This document shows positions 34,274 through 49,300 of a DNA stretch of 64,000 nucleotides, piece by piece. The stretch covers positions 4,812,436 to 4,876,435 of the forward strand of contig SMSO01000031.1 in assembly GCA_004764695.1 (NCBI GenBank). Reading direction: 5' to 3'. Source of the stretch: Schizochytrium sp. TIO01. Lineage: Eukaryota; Protista; Bigyra: Labyrinthulomycetes. Below the pieces are notes generated by a model that saw only the letters and a list, made by a program, of their open reading frames with translations, ran no database searches and had not been told where the DNA came from. The number at the start of each line of letters is the position of its first letter. The stretch's first letter is position 1. The position numbers were made by a program, and so were the translations under genes.

Positions 34274-36951
34274 GTTTGTTTTCAGAATACAGCTTCATAC
34301 AGCTTTCATATGTCAACCCCCCCCCAAAGCTCACTTTCTAGAACTTACTCCGCTAACTCTATTGCTCAAGACCCACTCACATACACTGAAATGCTGCTTC
34401 ATTTCATCGCAGTCATCAACTGCATCGGAAGGCGTGGCTGTTCGTTTCCAAGAATGTATTCATGCAGGCAGCGGAACGCATCGTCATTTTTACTTCAGCA
34501 CCCTCAGTGCATGCAGCAAGTTGGACCGTGCTATCGTGAGCGATGGTCTATCTATCGTGATCATCTACAGCAGATTTCTTCACTAGAGTAACTTAAGACA
34601 AACACAAGAAACAGAATGGCAACTTAATGATGAAGGACTTAAGAAAAAAAAGTTAATAAAGTCAACTTTGATGCTTGCAGCAATCAGTATTTCATTACAT
34701 TCAAGAGAAAAAAGTATATGATGTAAAAGTTTTAAAGACTAAAATCTTACAATAAAGGTATAGCTAGATAATGAATGATAGACCTATTCGGTACTGACTG
34801 TTATTGTTTTGATGGAAGAATACTAAACTCAAGAAGCCAAGTTATCACTACTGTAGTTATATATGTTTACAATTATTATTAGTATTATTTTATTATATTA
34901 ATTATGAAAGAAATACGTACTTTTTTGTTACTCAGTTACGTTATGTGCTAGTAGTTTTTAAGATTCTTTTGCTTGCTATGAAACGAAACATCGCATCAGC
35001 ACCGCTAAGGCGTTCTATCGAATCGCTGCATAATTTTTCAGAAGAGCTACAGTGTGCAGTGAGTAGTTGCTAAGGGCGCATATGCCATACTGGAGATGAG
35101 AATAAAACCGGGTTACACTGCTTTTCGCTTCTTCAGAGAAATATTAGTCAGGCTAATTGATGGTAACATTATGCAATGCGTTGGAATACTAAATGCTTCC
35201 AATTGAGCCTGTTGAATATCCTTGATTTAGAACATTCGAAAGGAAAAACTAATGATATGTAAATTACATACCCGAGACCAATGCTTGTTGTTTTAAAAAA
35301 AATTGTGTACAGTCGATTCATGAAGAGATATGGCACCTTTTTAACAGTGTAAAGCCCATATTCAATGTCCGAATTCAGATGAAAATAGTATGATTACAAT
35401 TAATATACTTTCGAAGAAAGTCACTTCATTTAAGAATCTGATTATTGTTCAAGATGTATGTCATTATCAAAATTGTTCATTAATTGAAAGACAGTGTACA
35501 ATACCTTAAGGTTTTTCAAATTCTCAGATCATATTTTTTTGCAAAACTGAATCTAACTAGGACCATAGTTTGTTTATTGTATGACGGATGAGACAACATT
35601 GTGGTCAAATGCTTCGCATGTCCAATAAGAAGCTCTGCTATTGGCTAAGCAACCTTTTTATAATCGATTTCACATACGAAGGGTGTAAGGATACCATCTA
35701 GAAGTTTTATTAATTTATTATTATTATTTAAATCTCTGAAAGGCATCCAACAGGAGTTTAACCTCCAGAGCCTCGTTTAAGTCATAAGAGAAGAGATACA
35801 CTATAAATATTCACCAAGACTTTCTAACCTATAACGGCTCATGATAACGAGAAGCGCAAAAGTCAAAGAAACGTTGTCAATATCTGCGAGAGGAGAGGGT
35901 TCTAATGGCTGATGTTGTTGGTACCAAAAGTTTAGAAGAAGAGAAAAGGAAGTAGCACGATCTACCTTATGCAACTAAGTATTGGAATTCTACGATTAGT
36001 AATAAGAAAAGAGATAATGTAAAGGAGCCTACTTGCTGAATGAAATTCTGAATAGTTAGGCTCAAATACAAATATTTGAGAAGAAGCTACAGTTTCATTG
36101 AAGATGAAAGATGTTCTTGAGAAATTCTTCTAAACTGATCGATTTATACTCTCAGGGCTAATAAACCAACTAACTGCACGATGTAAATATGAGACAACCC
36201 TCCCGCCTACAGGCAACTGGAATAAGCAGGCTGCTCAACAGTATGGCGTTCTTATAGTGTAAATGACTGTATAGTGCAAACAACTGCATGGTTATAGCTC
36301 AGCACATTTTTCAGAGCTAAGAGGTCTCGCTTAGTAGGTGAATCTAATGTAAAGTAGGTGCTTTTCTTTGTCTTCTTTACATATTCATTTATTTAGTTAC
36401 AAATATTGGTACTAGGCCTTTATCCAATAAAAGTCATGGAGAGGATATTCAATTTCAAATTCGAAAATTGGCATTTCCTTTCTCTTGATTGAAGCAACTA
36501 TTTTAGTATTTTTTAAAAGAAAAAGAAAAATACATTTTGCATGTATTAGCTATATTACTTTAAACATAAATGAAGAATCCTTTTAAAATTATAATGAAAA
36601 ACATTTCACAAAGAAATGGAAGAGCAAAGTATTCGTAACTTATGAAACTTTGGAATTAATCCCCTAGGTAGTAGAGTGAAAGGAGTGGTCCTTACTGGCT
36701 AAAGGAAGTAAATGGGATGGACAAATCCACACTTGGAAGTGATAAGAAACTTATTTTGATATAATTCGGAAGCAAGGAGAAATTGAGACGGGATCTCCTT
36801 ATTCAAATTGTAGGCTTCCAGACATCGTCGTCATGGGAGGAAACGTATCTGGTCTCGAGTTAGAGGCGCTACGAGTGGATAAGTATCAGATAGGAGGACT
36901 AGAAGTCTCCCCTCTAGCTAGAAGTTATTAGAAGCGAGTAGCTTTTAAAAA

Positions 36952-37014
36952 AGCGAGCGAGCGAGTGAGTGAGTGAGTGGGTGAGTGGGTAAGTGAGTGA
37001 GTAAGTGGGTGGGT
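36952..37014. repeat. Compound (GAGC)/(GAGT)/(GGGT) microsatellite
   Basis: Read directly from the sequence; imperfect. Confidence 0.8.
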
Positions 37015-40000
37015 AGCATCTACATAGTACGGGGCTACTGAGTACTCTCAACCTAGAAGTACTCAAGTATCTGCCTACAAAGGTACATTCGCATGATCAA
37101 CTTACTTTGTTTGAGGTACCTGTACCTACGAAGCTTTTGCTGGAGACATCATCATTCACCATGAATATGCTTGCAATCTGCTCCGACTACGTGAAGTAGT
37201 TTCATTTCTCGACTATTCCCTTTAGACATACCACGGGAGTATGGCGGAATGGTTGATTGAGTAAATTGAATAATACCTTACTTAGTAAGTATGTGGATGG
37301 TTGGAGTCGTCCAATAGAATATTATGGAGTGCAGCTGCTGACAACAAATTGGTACCTACCTACGTTGAGCAACGTAAGTACCTATTTGCAGACTGCTAAA
37401 GATTGTATTTGAACTACGATCTTGATTGACTATTCTTACTTGTTCTTATCAGTAAGGGAATTTATGAGTATCATTAAAAACAAATTCACCTCCGCATATA
37501 TAATATTGGGTCTAGCAACTTTGTTTGTTTATTTATTTTGGTCTTTGGGAATAAAAAAACAGAAACCAAAACTCTTAATGAAAGGAAGACGCCTAGCAGC
37601 TTTTTTCATCTGCCAGTAGGCCTTCCCTCGTTAAAATCTGCTCTAAACCTAACCTGTTATAAGAATCATTGCGTGTATCGTAATCTTTGTTATCTCTAAT
37701 TGCCGTGTTGAAGACTTTCTGGGGGGGCAAAAAGCCGCGAACAGCTTCGGTTTTGCTCATACATAGCACTCAAGATCTGTATAGTTTTATCTAGTAATAC
37801 CTAGATAGAAGTAATTTCAATCCTTGCAGACAGGATCTAAAAGTATAATAACATCAAAATAGACGCACCCCTGCAGCTCCAAAATGCTTGCCATGTAAAA
37901 TTCGTTGAAAGTAAGAAGAAAAAAATAATAAACATCCTCCTTTTACTTTTTATTTTTTTAAATTTAAATTTAAATAAAAAGCAGAGAGGTAAAACTTCTT
38001 AAAATAGAAGGACCGAAGAAAATAGAAGCACAAATGTACCATAATCGATGAGCTTCTTTTTTACCAATGGCATTTTCAATAGTGAAATGAAGGCATTGCA
38101 TACTATTGTTTCATGAATGAAATGCCTATCCTCAAGCACTTCAGCTGACATGAACCATCGTTGCAACCAGAGGTAAGTTTGTTATTATTTATCGAGTGGG
38201 CCCGTGCGAGTCGACAACACTTTTGATAGTGTTAATTAAAGTAGCTGTCATTTAGAGCAATGCTAAGAGCGAAGATTATGAATGCAGAGCGCGAAGGCAT
38301 GATATACGCTTGACTTTTTTGTTGGTAACTTTATACTGAAGGCCCAGTTGCCCAATTATCGATACATGAAAATGAAAGTTTTGTCGCATATACTTTCTGT
38401 AAAAAACCAAAACAGAATAGACACCTATTTTGAAACCAGAATAACAGAGCGCAAGCTTATACGAAACTATGAAAGTTGTAGGCATTCATGTGAACTGCTG
38501 TATGCTTTGAATGTCCCATGAAGAATAAGAAGAAGAATAAGAAGTCCGGGACATGAGCCGATCGTTCATATTTATCTAAAGGTAATTATTTTAATCCCCT
38601 CTCTAAACTTTTGAAGTTCTTCACGATTTTTCACAGATGTACTCGATCATGATGCATAACTATGTTGAGTTCGTCGCAACTACTGTATCTCACATTTCAA
38701 TGCTCTTGTTTATTTGACTTACATGTCTCGTGCAGAGGTCTGCAAACTTGAGCTCAGAGACATAACTATAAACGTTGTCCCTCTCTACCATGCTAGACTA
38801 GTCACTGTGCATAGCCTAGGCATTCTTTTGCAAACTCGTACCTGTTATGATATAGCAAGTTGAGGAAGGACTCTTTTCTCTCTTGAGAGAGTCCTTTTGT
38901 GACCATAGCTCGCACAGCGCGTTACGTTATCTACTTAGTCAGTTAGTTCTTGAGCGATTGTCCGGAAATACAACCTTTTCTGCTGTGTGGAGACAAAAAG
39001 CTGCTTGTAGATAACAAAATAGGATTCTAAGACTGCACATCTGCAAGCTATTCTCTCACACGACGTTATAATAGTGCCCCTCGCATCACTTTGCCATGGG
39101 GTTCCACCTACCAACGAAGGGATAGGTAGGTAGGCAGGTAGGTAGGCAGATACAGCAAGCGCAATGAAAACTTGAAGAGAAAGAATAAACCGTCTTTCGT
39201 TATACAGTTCTTCTTCCTTACTTCTAATTGTAACTGCAGCTTAAAACATTCAACGAAGCAGAAGCCTTCAAACTGATAGCAGCGGGTCTTATTTAGGCCA
39301 TCCCGACAGCACGAACAGCAAAGAATCGTTATTTCGTTTCCCCACCTTAGTTATCCTGAAAGGCAAACGGACGGGTGAAGCACCACTGATAAGTTGTAAT
39401 CATAATTCTCTAGCTGTATCAAGAAGAGGATGAAGATCGTACTCGTGCTACAGCCCGATCTAGTTTTTATTTTTATTTCCTTTCTTTAGCTGTAACGGTC
39501 GAAATTAGAGGTATACGGACAGAGCGCAATTCAGAGTAGAGTAGAGCCGACACAAGGACGGATGTCGTGAATAAATGCGCGTGGCCATCTTCGTTTTGCT
39601 TCCACCGTGTTTATGGTATAGTTACTGTAAGAGACCGTCAGAACCAAGTACAAGATCTCGCTCCGCAAAGCAAAGCTCTTCTTCACTTTCCGAATCAATC
39701 TGTAAGCCCAGCATTCTTTCGCTCAGCACCTGCGCAACGGATGGCCTAACTGCTACAAGGACTCACTCACTCACAAGATCCTCAGCACTGACGACCCTGT
39801 ACGCAACACTTACAATCCGTTTCGTTCGTCCCAGCGCGAAGGCCACAGCTGATTCTGATTCTGCCCTACCCTCTTCTGTTCACAAGCCTGAGTCATGCCT
39901 GATTCCCTGTGGAGAAAGTACACGAACGATAAGAAGTCCGGTGCGCGCAAATGAAATGCCAATCTATCAGTTGGCTCACAGGACCACAGTCACGCCAGGA

Positions 40001-40281
40001 GCTGAGGAGTATTAACTATCATCTTTGAAAGAAGTCATAAGGACCAACAATCTCGCCTTCTTCTCTAGAGGTGCAATGAAGCAGAGATGAAGAACTGACG
40101 ATTGATTCAACGTAGCACCGTCTCCTTTGGAACAGGTGCCGCGAGCAAGGAAGCTAGTTTCGAGGCGGCACTACGTCTTTCTGACTGCCTCGCTTTTAGT
40201 GGAGTTTTCAACTAAGTTCGGGTTTGTGCCAGCTCAGTAGAAGAGAGGATCACTCGCCTATTTGTAAGGTGAGGTAGGTGC

Positions 40282-40282
<1 letters not shown>

Positions 40283-40317
<35 letters not shown>
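40283..40317. repeat. (GATT)~8 microsatellite
   Basis: Read directly from the sequence. Confidence 0.9.
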
Positions 40318-43300
40318 AAGTCACCTGCCGAAGTGATGAGGTTTCGAGGCCGCCTGCTACTCCGTGTGACCTAAAGCTGAGCTGAGAAGCTGCTCCTCTT
40401 GAAGCAATCGTCCCTCGCTGCAGCTTCTCCTGTATCGTTAGAGTGAGTTGGTTCAACGAGCCCAGGACAGTCAAACTAAGCTCAGGTTTGTCCAAGGAGA
40501 GAGATAGGTGTAATAGACAAGGTGGGTGGGTAATCTATCTACCTAAATGCTAAAGCACACAGAAGCTAACTTGAAAGAGACAGAATTTTGGCACTTGAAA
40601 ACTTTTCGCCTTAGCTTAGTTCCACCTAGCCAGAGCTAGCGCTGCCACCCGCTGAAACAATCTGTTTCTTGGAATAAAGGATCGCCGCTTTATGGAATAA
40701 AACAGATGATTATTGGCATGTATGAATGAATGAATGAATGTATGAGTGTATGTATGTACGTCTGAATGGATGATTCTATGTAACCTCGGAAGAACTCAGA
40801 ACCTCTGGGAAGATCACCTCCACCACCCAGCAATTCCGCTGTCAATTCTGGAAACGGCCTTCTGCATTCCATTCCATCTCTAGAGGCAGAGGCTGCACGA
40901 GGTCTCCACAGGGTGCGTCTCGACAGCTTGCCTCGCTCGCTTGTCCGCCTCCATGCACGCATGCGTGCATTACCTTAAGTGGTTTCCCAAAGAAAGGAAA
41001 GAAAAGCAAAGCCAATGAAAGACCTGCAAGCCTGCCACCGCGCTTTCTATTCTTCAGCTAGCTAGCCTTACGCAGCACAAGTTGTGGCATATTTTTGACC
41101 TTTTGCTTATTTCAACCATCTTTTCTGTTAACATTATTCATGAGCTCTTGCAGATACTATACTTTATATACATATTTTAATTTTTATGGAAACTGGAAAA
41201 TAGACGTTTAATATAAAAACAGAAAAACTTGCTGCCCTAGAATAAAGTTTTCAAGCGACTTTCTTGCTCTTGTCATTTTGTAAATCAGGCCGATAGATGA
41301 GGTGAATAGTTAGATTGATAGACAGATAGACAGTTTTAGCTTATGAATGGTGATGTCTTGAAGCAGCAGGTGGAGCCATGAGGAAATACTGGATCAAAGC
41401 GGCCGTTGCGGTAACTAACGCACTAAAACTAACCAACTGACTGGCTGGTTGACCGAAAGACCGCCGCGGTGTCTGGTCTGTTCTAATCTAGTCTTGTGGT
41501 TTGTCTGCTAGCCTCCAAACCACAGGATTGTCTTCTCCAGTCACGCTTAAATAGATGGCTGCCTCACCTCGGTCGCACCTAATAACGCATGGGCAACACG
41601 ATTAAAAACAGCTTGCTTAGCTTGTTCGCTTGCTGGCTTGCTTGCTTGTGTGTTTGCTGGCTTGCGACTGCATCGACGGCGATCGTGAGCGTGAGAGCAC
41701 GAAAGGAAAGAGGCATGTATGATTGCCGAGCCGGCTATAGCTCCGAGTTCCTCGTTTCTAATCAGTCAATGAATGAATGAATCAATCAATCAATCCACAT
41801 GGGTGTCTGTATGGATGTAATGCATGTATTAGTTTATTGATTGAGCAGCACAGCGACAAGGATGTCTCGAGCGTGGTTTGCATAAGCTTTAGTCCAGGCT
41901 GGAGCGCGAGAGCGTGCACGGCGTGGTCCGAAAGCAAAGGGCACGGACGCTGAGGCTTTGTTCGCGTGAGGAGAGAAGAAGAGTGAAGATGTCAAAATAG
42001 TGCACCACTCCCTAACTAATAAGCTGAGACCGCTCCTTTCAACTAGAAATGAGAGCAACAGGTCCGGAAATGCCGAAATGCCATCTAGGGGAACCTACGA
42101 ATAAACAAATACAGAGACACATTTATAAAAACACCTAGTCAGGTAGGTACTAACTCACTTACTTGCTTACCGTCCGAATTGGTTGGGCCTGTGCTGCATG
42201 GCTTGACTTGAAGCATGGATGGATGAACTCCTGCTTGCGCAGGTACTTGCTATCTTTGCGACAGTTTTGTAACAAAGATGTGACATACAATGAAATAAGA
42301 TCCTGGAGGAACTTTCCATAGGAAGGATATAGCAAACTCGTCGATCGCCAACAACTTGAACATAGTCTGCCTCTTTGGTAACTGAGGGAATGATTGAATG
42401 AATGAATGAATGAATCAATCAATGAATCAATTGAATAGTTGATGAATTAACAATGATGAAGTAAATGGTGAAAAGATGCTTGAATTAACAATCATGAAGT
42501 GAATAGTGTCACTATAAAGGTGAATAAACAAATGCTTTGAGCGAAGTCTTAACTGGGCAAGTTGGCGTGGACCCTGCACGTGTCGCATACTCACTGACTC
42601 ATCGCCACCTCTTACACACGATTTGTGTGATTGCGATCTCTGAAGAAAGGAATGAACTCGCAAGCTCCAAATTTGGAGCATTGATCGGGCTTTTGTGAGA
42701 AAAACCCCAGCGTACAACTGGACCTTTTTATATAATAGAGGGATTGGATTGTGCGTACGCTCGCATTATCTCATTAGAAAACGAAATGTGATGTGACTGC
42801 AAACCTATGCAACAACTACCACCGAGTAGAGGTCGGCTGTATTGTTGGCAGAAGGCCTTCCAGTCGCTAACTTGCTCGCTTGAAGTAAGCGCAAAGGAAA
42901 CAAACTAAAGAAAGTTTCTGTTAACTACTAGCATATCATCTGTTCGAAGGGCATACGTGAGCGAATTGAGAATCACTTGTCCATTTTGTTTTGTTTTGTT
43001 TTGTTTTGTTTTATTAGTTGGTTCTGGTTCGCCTTGCATGGAAATATGATGTTTATTTAGCTTTTAAAGAAAGCTGCCAAAGCCAATTAAACAAAATTCT
43101 GCGATGAACAGGCTGGATTTACATACTATTTGTTCATCTTCCGGCCCAACGCTTGTGAGAGGTGCTCCGGAGAGAACTCGATCATATGTTGTAGCTTTAA
43201 TTCAAAGGAGTAACTGCCGCCTTTAATTTAGACCTGAGGAGAGCGCTCTGAAAAGTTTCATTTGTCTCTTGTCTCCACAAGGGCATATACTTCAAAATAT

Positions 43301-46300
43301 CATACTAGAGAATAAGAATAAACTTTATTGGGTCGAAGGCGGTATCAGAGTATTCACTAGGCTCAGGTCTATTGTCGACCACCGGGTAGGACCACGCCAA
43401 CCTCTGCCTAATTTTATAAATAAAATAAATTACGTTATTAATCAGACATAATAGAAATGCCATCTATGGATGCTCAATTATATCTTTTGTCTACAGCACG
43501 TTGAAAATACGTACCTATGCATTTCTAAGATTTTTGTTATCTTTAAGGACATTTGTACAGTACTTGCCCGAGCTTCTTCGGTTGCCGCTTGCTTCCTATA
43601 ACATCTGATAATCAACCATTTATCGTACTGCAGTTAGAACCAAGCTCGATCCGCACGCTGGGTTTCTGCCCGATTTGGATTTTCCAAGGTTGTTAGATGA
43701 GATGAAATGGGTAGGTACTGTTGTCAACTTTTGATTCAACTCAGGAAGATAATCCCGACCTGCCAAACTTTTGAAGGATGATTGCAATCTCTAAGAACAT
43801 GTAACTCTGTTCTTCTTACAGGGGTTCTTAGAAATAACCAACGTCACTTTTCTTTTAAAAATGCAATCTTTATTCGAAAGTGTGCAGCTCTGTTTTTTTT
43901 TTGTTTTTTTTTTCACATAAATAACTGATTGAATTCTTTATATAAAAATAAATAAAATCTACTTTAAAACATAAAGTACTGGAGAAACTTGAAATGGGCA
44001 TACATCTTCACCAGTCTCTGTAATGGGTCATAGTATACAAAACTAGTGTTTGGCATTTGCTCTATCTGCTTCACATAGATTGCGATTTCCTTCAGCCCAT
44101 CCGTATGATCCTTTCTGCAGTAACTTCATTATCTGATGCAGCTTTCAGAACATACGACTTTGCATCTCTTCCACACCAAAAACCTAAAATAGATGCTTCA
44201 TGTTTGTTATTTTGCCTATTGAGAATCAGTTTGCTTGGCCATATTGCTTTGAACTTTGCAATTTCGACCCTTAACTCTTACCAACAATAAAATGCCTCTC
44301 CCCAAACCCAGTATGGTTTGATGAAGTGCCGCTCTGACGCTTGAATAGGCGCTACAATGGTATGCTTTAAATTTTACATTGAGGCATGACTTCATCATTC
44401 TTCAAGAAGAGCGGATGCTCGCTGTCTCGCAATGGTGTTTGAAGCGCCACCAAACCTCTTTATATTATTCGTTCGGTGTCTTCGAGGACCCGTGTCCGGG
44501 TTTAGGAAGATTCTTCTAAATGTGGAAATGTGGGGTTGTTTTGTCCCTTCACTGACCAACCTATTTTGTCCCCTCTTGGTACGCTGCAACCAAACAAAAA
44601 CTATTTTTCTCGTGAAAGGTGTGGTCAAGAAAGTGTGTGAGGATCAAGCAATGGTGTAGGAATAGTAGCCTTCAACATTCGTTCCCTAGGCAATCTTTCG
44701 ATTTATAGAAGAAGCCAAGAGTGTACCTTAGACACCATATAATCATTGAAGATGGGTTTGGCAGACTTTCACTAGTTTATTAGATGCTGTAAGGGGGATA
44801 AAGATTGTTGGAAGAAATACCACAGACTTTTGGTGTTTTTTACACTCATCCTTCCTATTTATGAGGGAAAGAAGGTTAAGAGTGATTAACGAATGCTAAG
44901 AAGAGGTTCTGTATAGTTGTGGGGTTCCTACTTTTTTTTTCAGTTCATTAAAACAAATCACCAAAGATTTAATAGTTCTTTCTTTGATTTTTTTTCAACT
45001 ACACCATTTATACTAAAATATATTTAAAAAGAGGAGAGTGCTATGATTTAAATAACATGGAAAGAGAAAAACTAAAGGAAAGATATATATACTTTTAAAC
45101 ATCGAAACCCAAGATCTTTGAAATGAAGGCAAGTATAAGAGAAGAGCATCATCTTTGGTTGTAGTTTATAGATTGTACCTTTGTGTGATGTATAGTAATT
45201 GCATTGATGCATTAAATGAGCTGGAGACGCGTAGAGGTCATGCTTGGATAACACCGGCTCTTCCTCAACAGGGTCAAATGATGTATCTATAAATTCAATG
45301 TTTATCCTTCGAAGTCACTGTTCAATAGTAAATATTTGCTCAAATTGGTTTATTAAACTGAATTTACCGTGAAAGCAACAGAAAAAAAGAAAAGAAAAGA
45401 AAAAACATTATTTCAACTTTTAAAATGTTGATCTTCTAAACATATTTAAACTAAAACTAAAAGGAAAAGAAAAAAATGTACATGTAAGTTCACTTATTTT
45501 TCTTGGACGAATGAATACCTATAGGAATAATAGTCAGTATTTGATTTCATGTCAATTATCACAGGTGAGAACGCTACTAAGCAATGAACTTACCTGCTTG
45601 ACATATAAATATTTTGGTTGACTAAGTCTCGAGTCTATGCTTATCTTGCTTATTAACGCGGCAATCTGACATAAACTCCTCTTGAGTGAAGTCGCTAATA
45701 AATTTTCATGGATTGAGAGGCGACTGTGTTGAATTCGTTCTGAAGCTGACTTCGTTGCATATTTTCAATTCCAACTTCTGCGGTGCACCAATGAAGACTT
45801 GATAATACCTGTCCATGACATAGCTCTTTCAGTTAAGTGGAGATCGAACGTCCATCCTTACCGTGGTCTGCAGAGATTTATGTGCCCGCTAGCCAAAATG
45901 CATATAGACGAGGGAAAAAACGTGTCTGCTCCCTATTTATCTGGTTTTCTTGCTCATTGATTTCTGTTCCGCTCGAGAAATTGTTGATAGAAAGTATCGC
46001 TAGGGAGGTGCTAAGAAATCTTAGTTATTCAATCTTCTCTGTTGAAAAAAAGAAAAAAAAAAAAAAAAAAAAAAAGAGGAAAAAACACAGATGGTGAAAC
46101 ACATTATCGTACAATCAAAAGACTCACGTACCTACAAGCTATACAGCGAAGAGAAGTGGCTGGTGCTGGTGTTGAACAAAACCGATGTTTAGCATCCTCT
46201 ACGTTGAAGCTCAAGGCTGTGGCTGAAACAAATGGTTGGTGTGGTTGACTTAGGTGGGGTTTTAGACAATGCAGAAGAGATTGTGTTTTTGGTATAGTTT

Positions 46301-49300
46301 TGCGTCACCTTTGCTCTTGTTGGCAGCACACGAATGAGATTTCACTTCCAAGGTACCGAGTACGTCGATGGTGATTACTTTCTGAAGTAGAGCCTTGATT
46401 GGTTGTTCATATTTGGGATTGCCACGAACCACTGGCGGTGTGAGGTCGTACACTACCTAGTATCGCGTGGTGTAATTTACCCACTGATTTCGATGGTAGG
46501 TACTAATATATGTTTTAAGAACCTACGTAGTGCATCAGCATCTTGCCTCAAAATTTACGACTGAGTCGTAGAAGGCCCTCTGCGCAAAAGAAATTAAATT
46601 CATGAGACATGGCAAGGCAAGAATATCTAAGTAGCCCAAAACATCAACATGCACGAAAGAGCGTCCCTATATATTCTTCTGCGGCTTTGACCGACCAAGG
46701 CTAAACTCCGGGTGCTTTGCCGACGTGCGATGTTATTACTTTTTGTTTTTCGTTTAATTTTCTTCGTTCTCAAACAATGTTTTTTCTTTCTGTTCTTTTC
46801 TTTTCTTTTCATTTCATTTCTAAAAATATTATAGTGATGTGCTTTTCATATATAAGATTTTCTTCTAAAATAAAAGATACATTTTAACAGGTCGTTTTAT
46901 TTTATTTTTAAAATTACTAAAAAAATAAAAGTTTTATTTGTTTAACTTTTCAAAGAAGAAGAATAAATTCCCAGTAAGAAAACTAAAACAAATAATGTTT
47001 TATTTTGTTTAAATAGTTTTTTTAATCGTTTTCTAAATTGTATAAATATGGGAAAAAGCCTGGCGCAAACGCCAACTGAGTGAATCCCTCATTGCCGCCA
47101 AAATTTAAAGAGCGATGGTGCGACAGGCTGTAAATATGCGCAATCTATACCATACCGAAATAAACAAATTAATTCGAGTAGCGCGAAGTCAGAAGCGTCA
47201 CTGCCCTCATTTGGAGGAGGAGAATGAATGAATGAATGAATGAATACCTATGCCGCCCAACCATCGCTGGCCTGTGAGAATTTCACGAGCAATCCTTTCC
47301 ATTGCTAAATCCTATAAACTACACAAGGTTCTCTCTGGCTGGCATTCAATGCTTCAACTTAGGTATTCTATATGGATCCATTCAATGGGGCACGATGTAA
47401 ACGTATTCACGGCATTTTTTCCATGCGTCCGAAGAATGCTGTTCTGGAAGCCATTGGTTCTGCGGAATCGAAGTTAGTTCTGCATAGTTAGTCAGCGGAC
47501 TTGGTTTTTCAGAAAACTATAAATTACATTCGCGCTGTTCATAGTCTATAATTGACCAATCAATCCATGCGCAAAATAGTTCTTCTGTCTGAGCAGAATC
47601 CGGTGCTAGAAAAGGCAAAGGTAACATCGAAGTGACGCTCGGCAATAATAGGAACTACTAACTGGGTACCTAGGGAGCTCGCGATGGTCTCAAAACTAGC
47701 TTTTGGCTTTTGACACGCGCGCGGAAAGAAACTTTTCCCTCTCACTTCTTTCTCACCTTATCCATAGATGCGCCAAAATGCAAAAAGTGCCAGAGCGGCC
47801 TTTCTCTACCTACTTCTGTACTATTAGGAAGGCACTACCTAGCTAGCTAACATCGAACGAGCGCTATTGCCATGTGCTATTGCCATAGAGCTGAAATGAC
47901 AAGGTGAAAACCTGCGTTGAAGGCTGGCCTGTTGAAGCCCTCGGTGGCTGACTGTCTCTGCGTCAATAATCTATTGTCTGTCTTTGAATAGAGCTCGAAC
48001 AATTCCTGAAGAGAAACGGATTTGTGAATTTGTAAAAGTATTTTTTAAAATTTATAAATATAGGCTGTCTATCTGATACGTTTTCTTTATTATTTTTTTC
48101 AAAGGTATACCCAACTGAATAAAAATCAAGACAGAATACGAAACAGAGCAAAGAAGCAGTTCAACAAGTTATTCTTGGCACCACGTAGCACCCCTTCGTT
48201 GAGAAAGCTAGCTGCACCCGACTTACTTGCTTGTTTACTTGCTCGGCCCAGGGTGGTTGGCGTCCCAAGTTGGCTTGGCCCAGCAACAAAGCTTGAGAAC
48301 TCGCGAGTTCAGGCTCGAAAGCTGACTCACAGCCATAGGAAGTAAAGTAGGCAAGTTGAGGAGGCGCGACTGAGTCCGTGCAATAAACACGCTATCACCA
48401 AGCTAATACACAGAGGTTCAGAGGATCTTCGCAGCACTCATTCAACAACGAACTGGCGCCTCAGCCTTCGGGTGCTGCTTGTTTGCTTAACTTTCATTTG
48501 GTCAGTCAAAAGAACTGAAGCTTGCAATTCTTGTATTCTGGGCGATGTACCGACCAGGGATGCCGGTTTCATCTTTTAGCACTCGTTTCATGATGAACTT
48601 TCTGCGAATATTGATTATTGTAGATACCAATCAATGCTCCTCAAGCAAACTGAGAACCAGAACCTCGTGAAAAGTAGCCAGCTGCAGCCGTCATACAATC
48701 GAAGGTAAGATGCTGCCGGGGATAGTACGTGTCCGTGTCTGTCTCGATGGATGATTGATTGTTTGTCAGCATTCGTGTATTTGAAGAGAACCGTCCGAGG
48801 TTCCTGGCTTGCACGGACTGGCACTATTTCGTGATTGTGGAGAACGAGGTAGCTTCAACTGACCCCCAAATCTTGAGCAGCTAGGACCACACAAAGGAAG
48901 CGTCGCTAGGAAGGCCTTCTTTTGGTTGCTTGCTTCCTTCCCTCCGTGCAGACCACCGATTAGCTAACGACGATGCACGGCTTCTTCTCAGAGAGAACGA
49001 ACGAGGCACTATGCATCAATCAAAGTAATGGAGAAGTTGCCTCTTTGATGTATTAGACTCATGCTCCACAGAAGTTAACTTGGAAAGCTAGTTCAACAGC
49101 AGGACGTCGGAAATTGCCTGCCGTTGCGGCGCAAGGCGCCGAAGAAGCTTGGCTCCAGCACAGCTCTCGCACACGTACGTGATGCTGTCTTGCTGCCAGC
49201 TGAGGCTACGCTTGGAATCCCAGGTTTCTTTCTTTGGGGAGAACCACACGCGAAAGGCCCGAGTGGCCTGGTCAAAGTCTGCCGTCCCTTGTTCCTCTTT

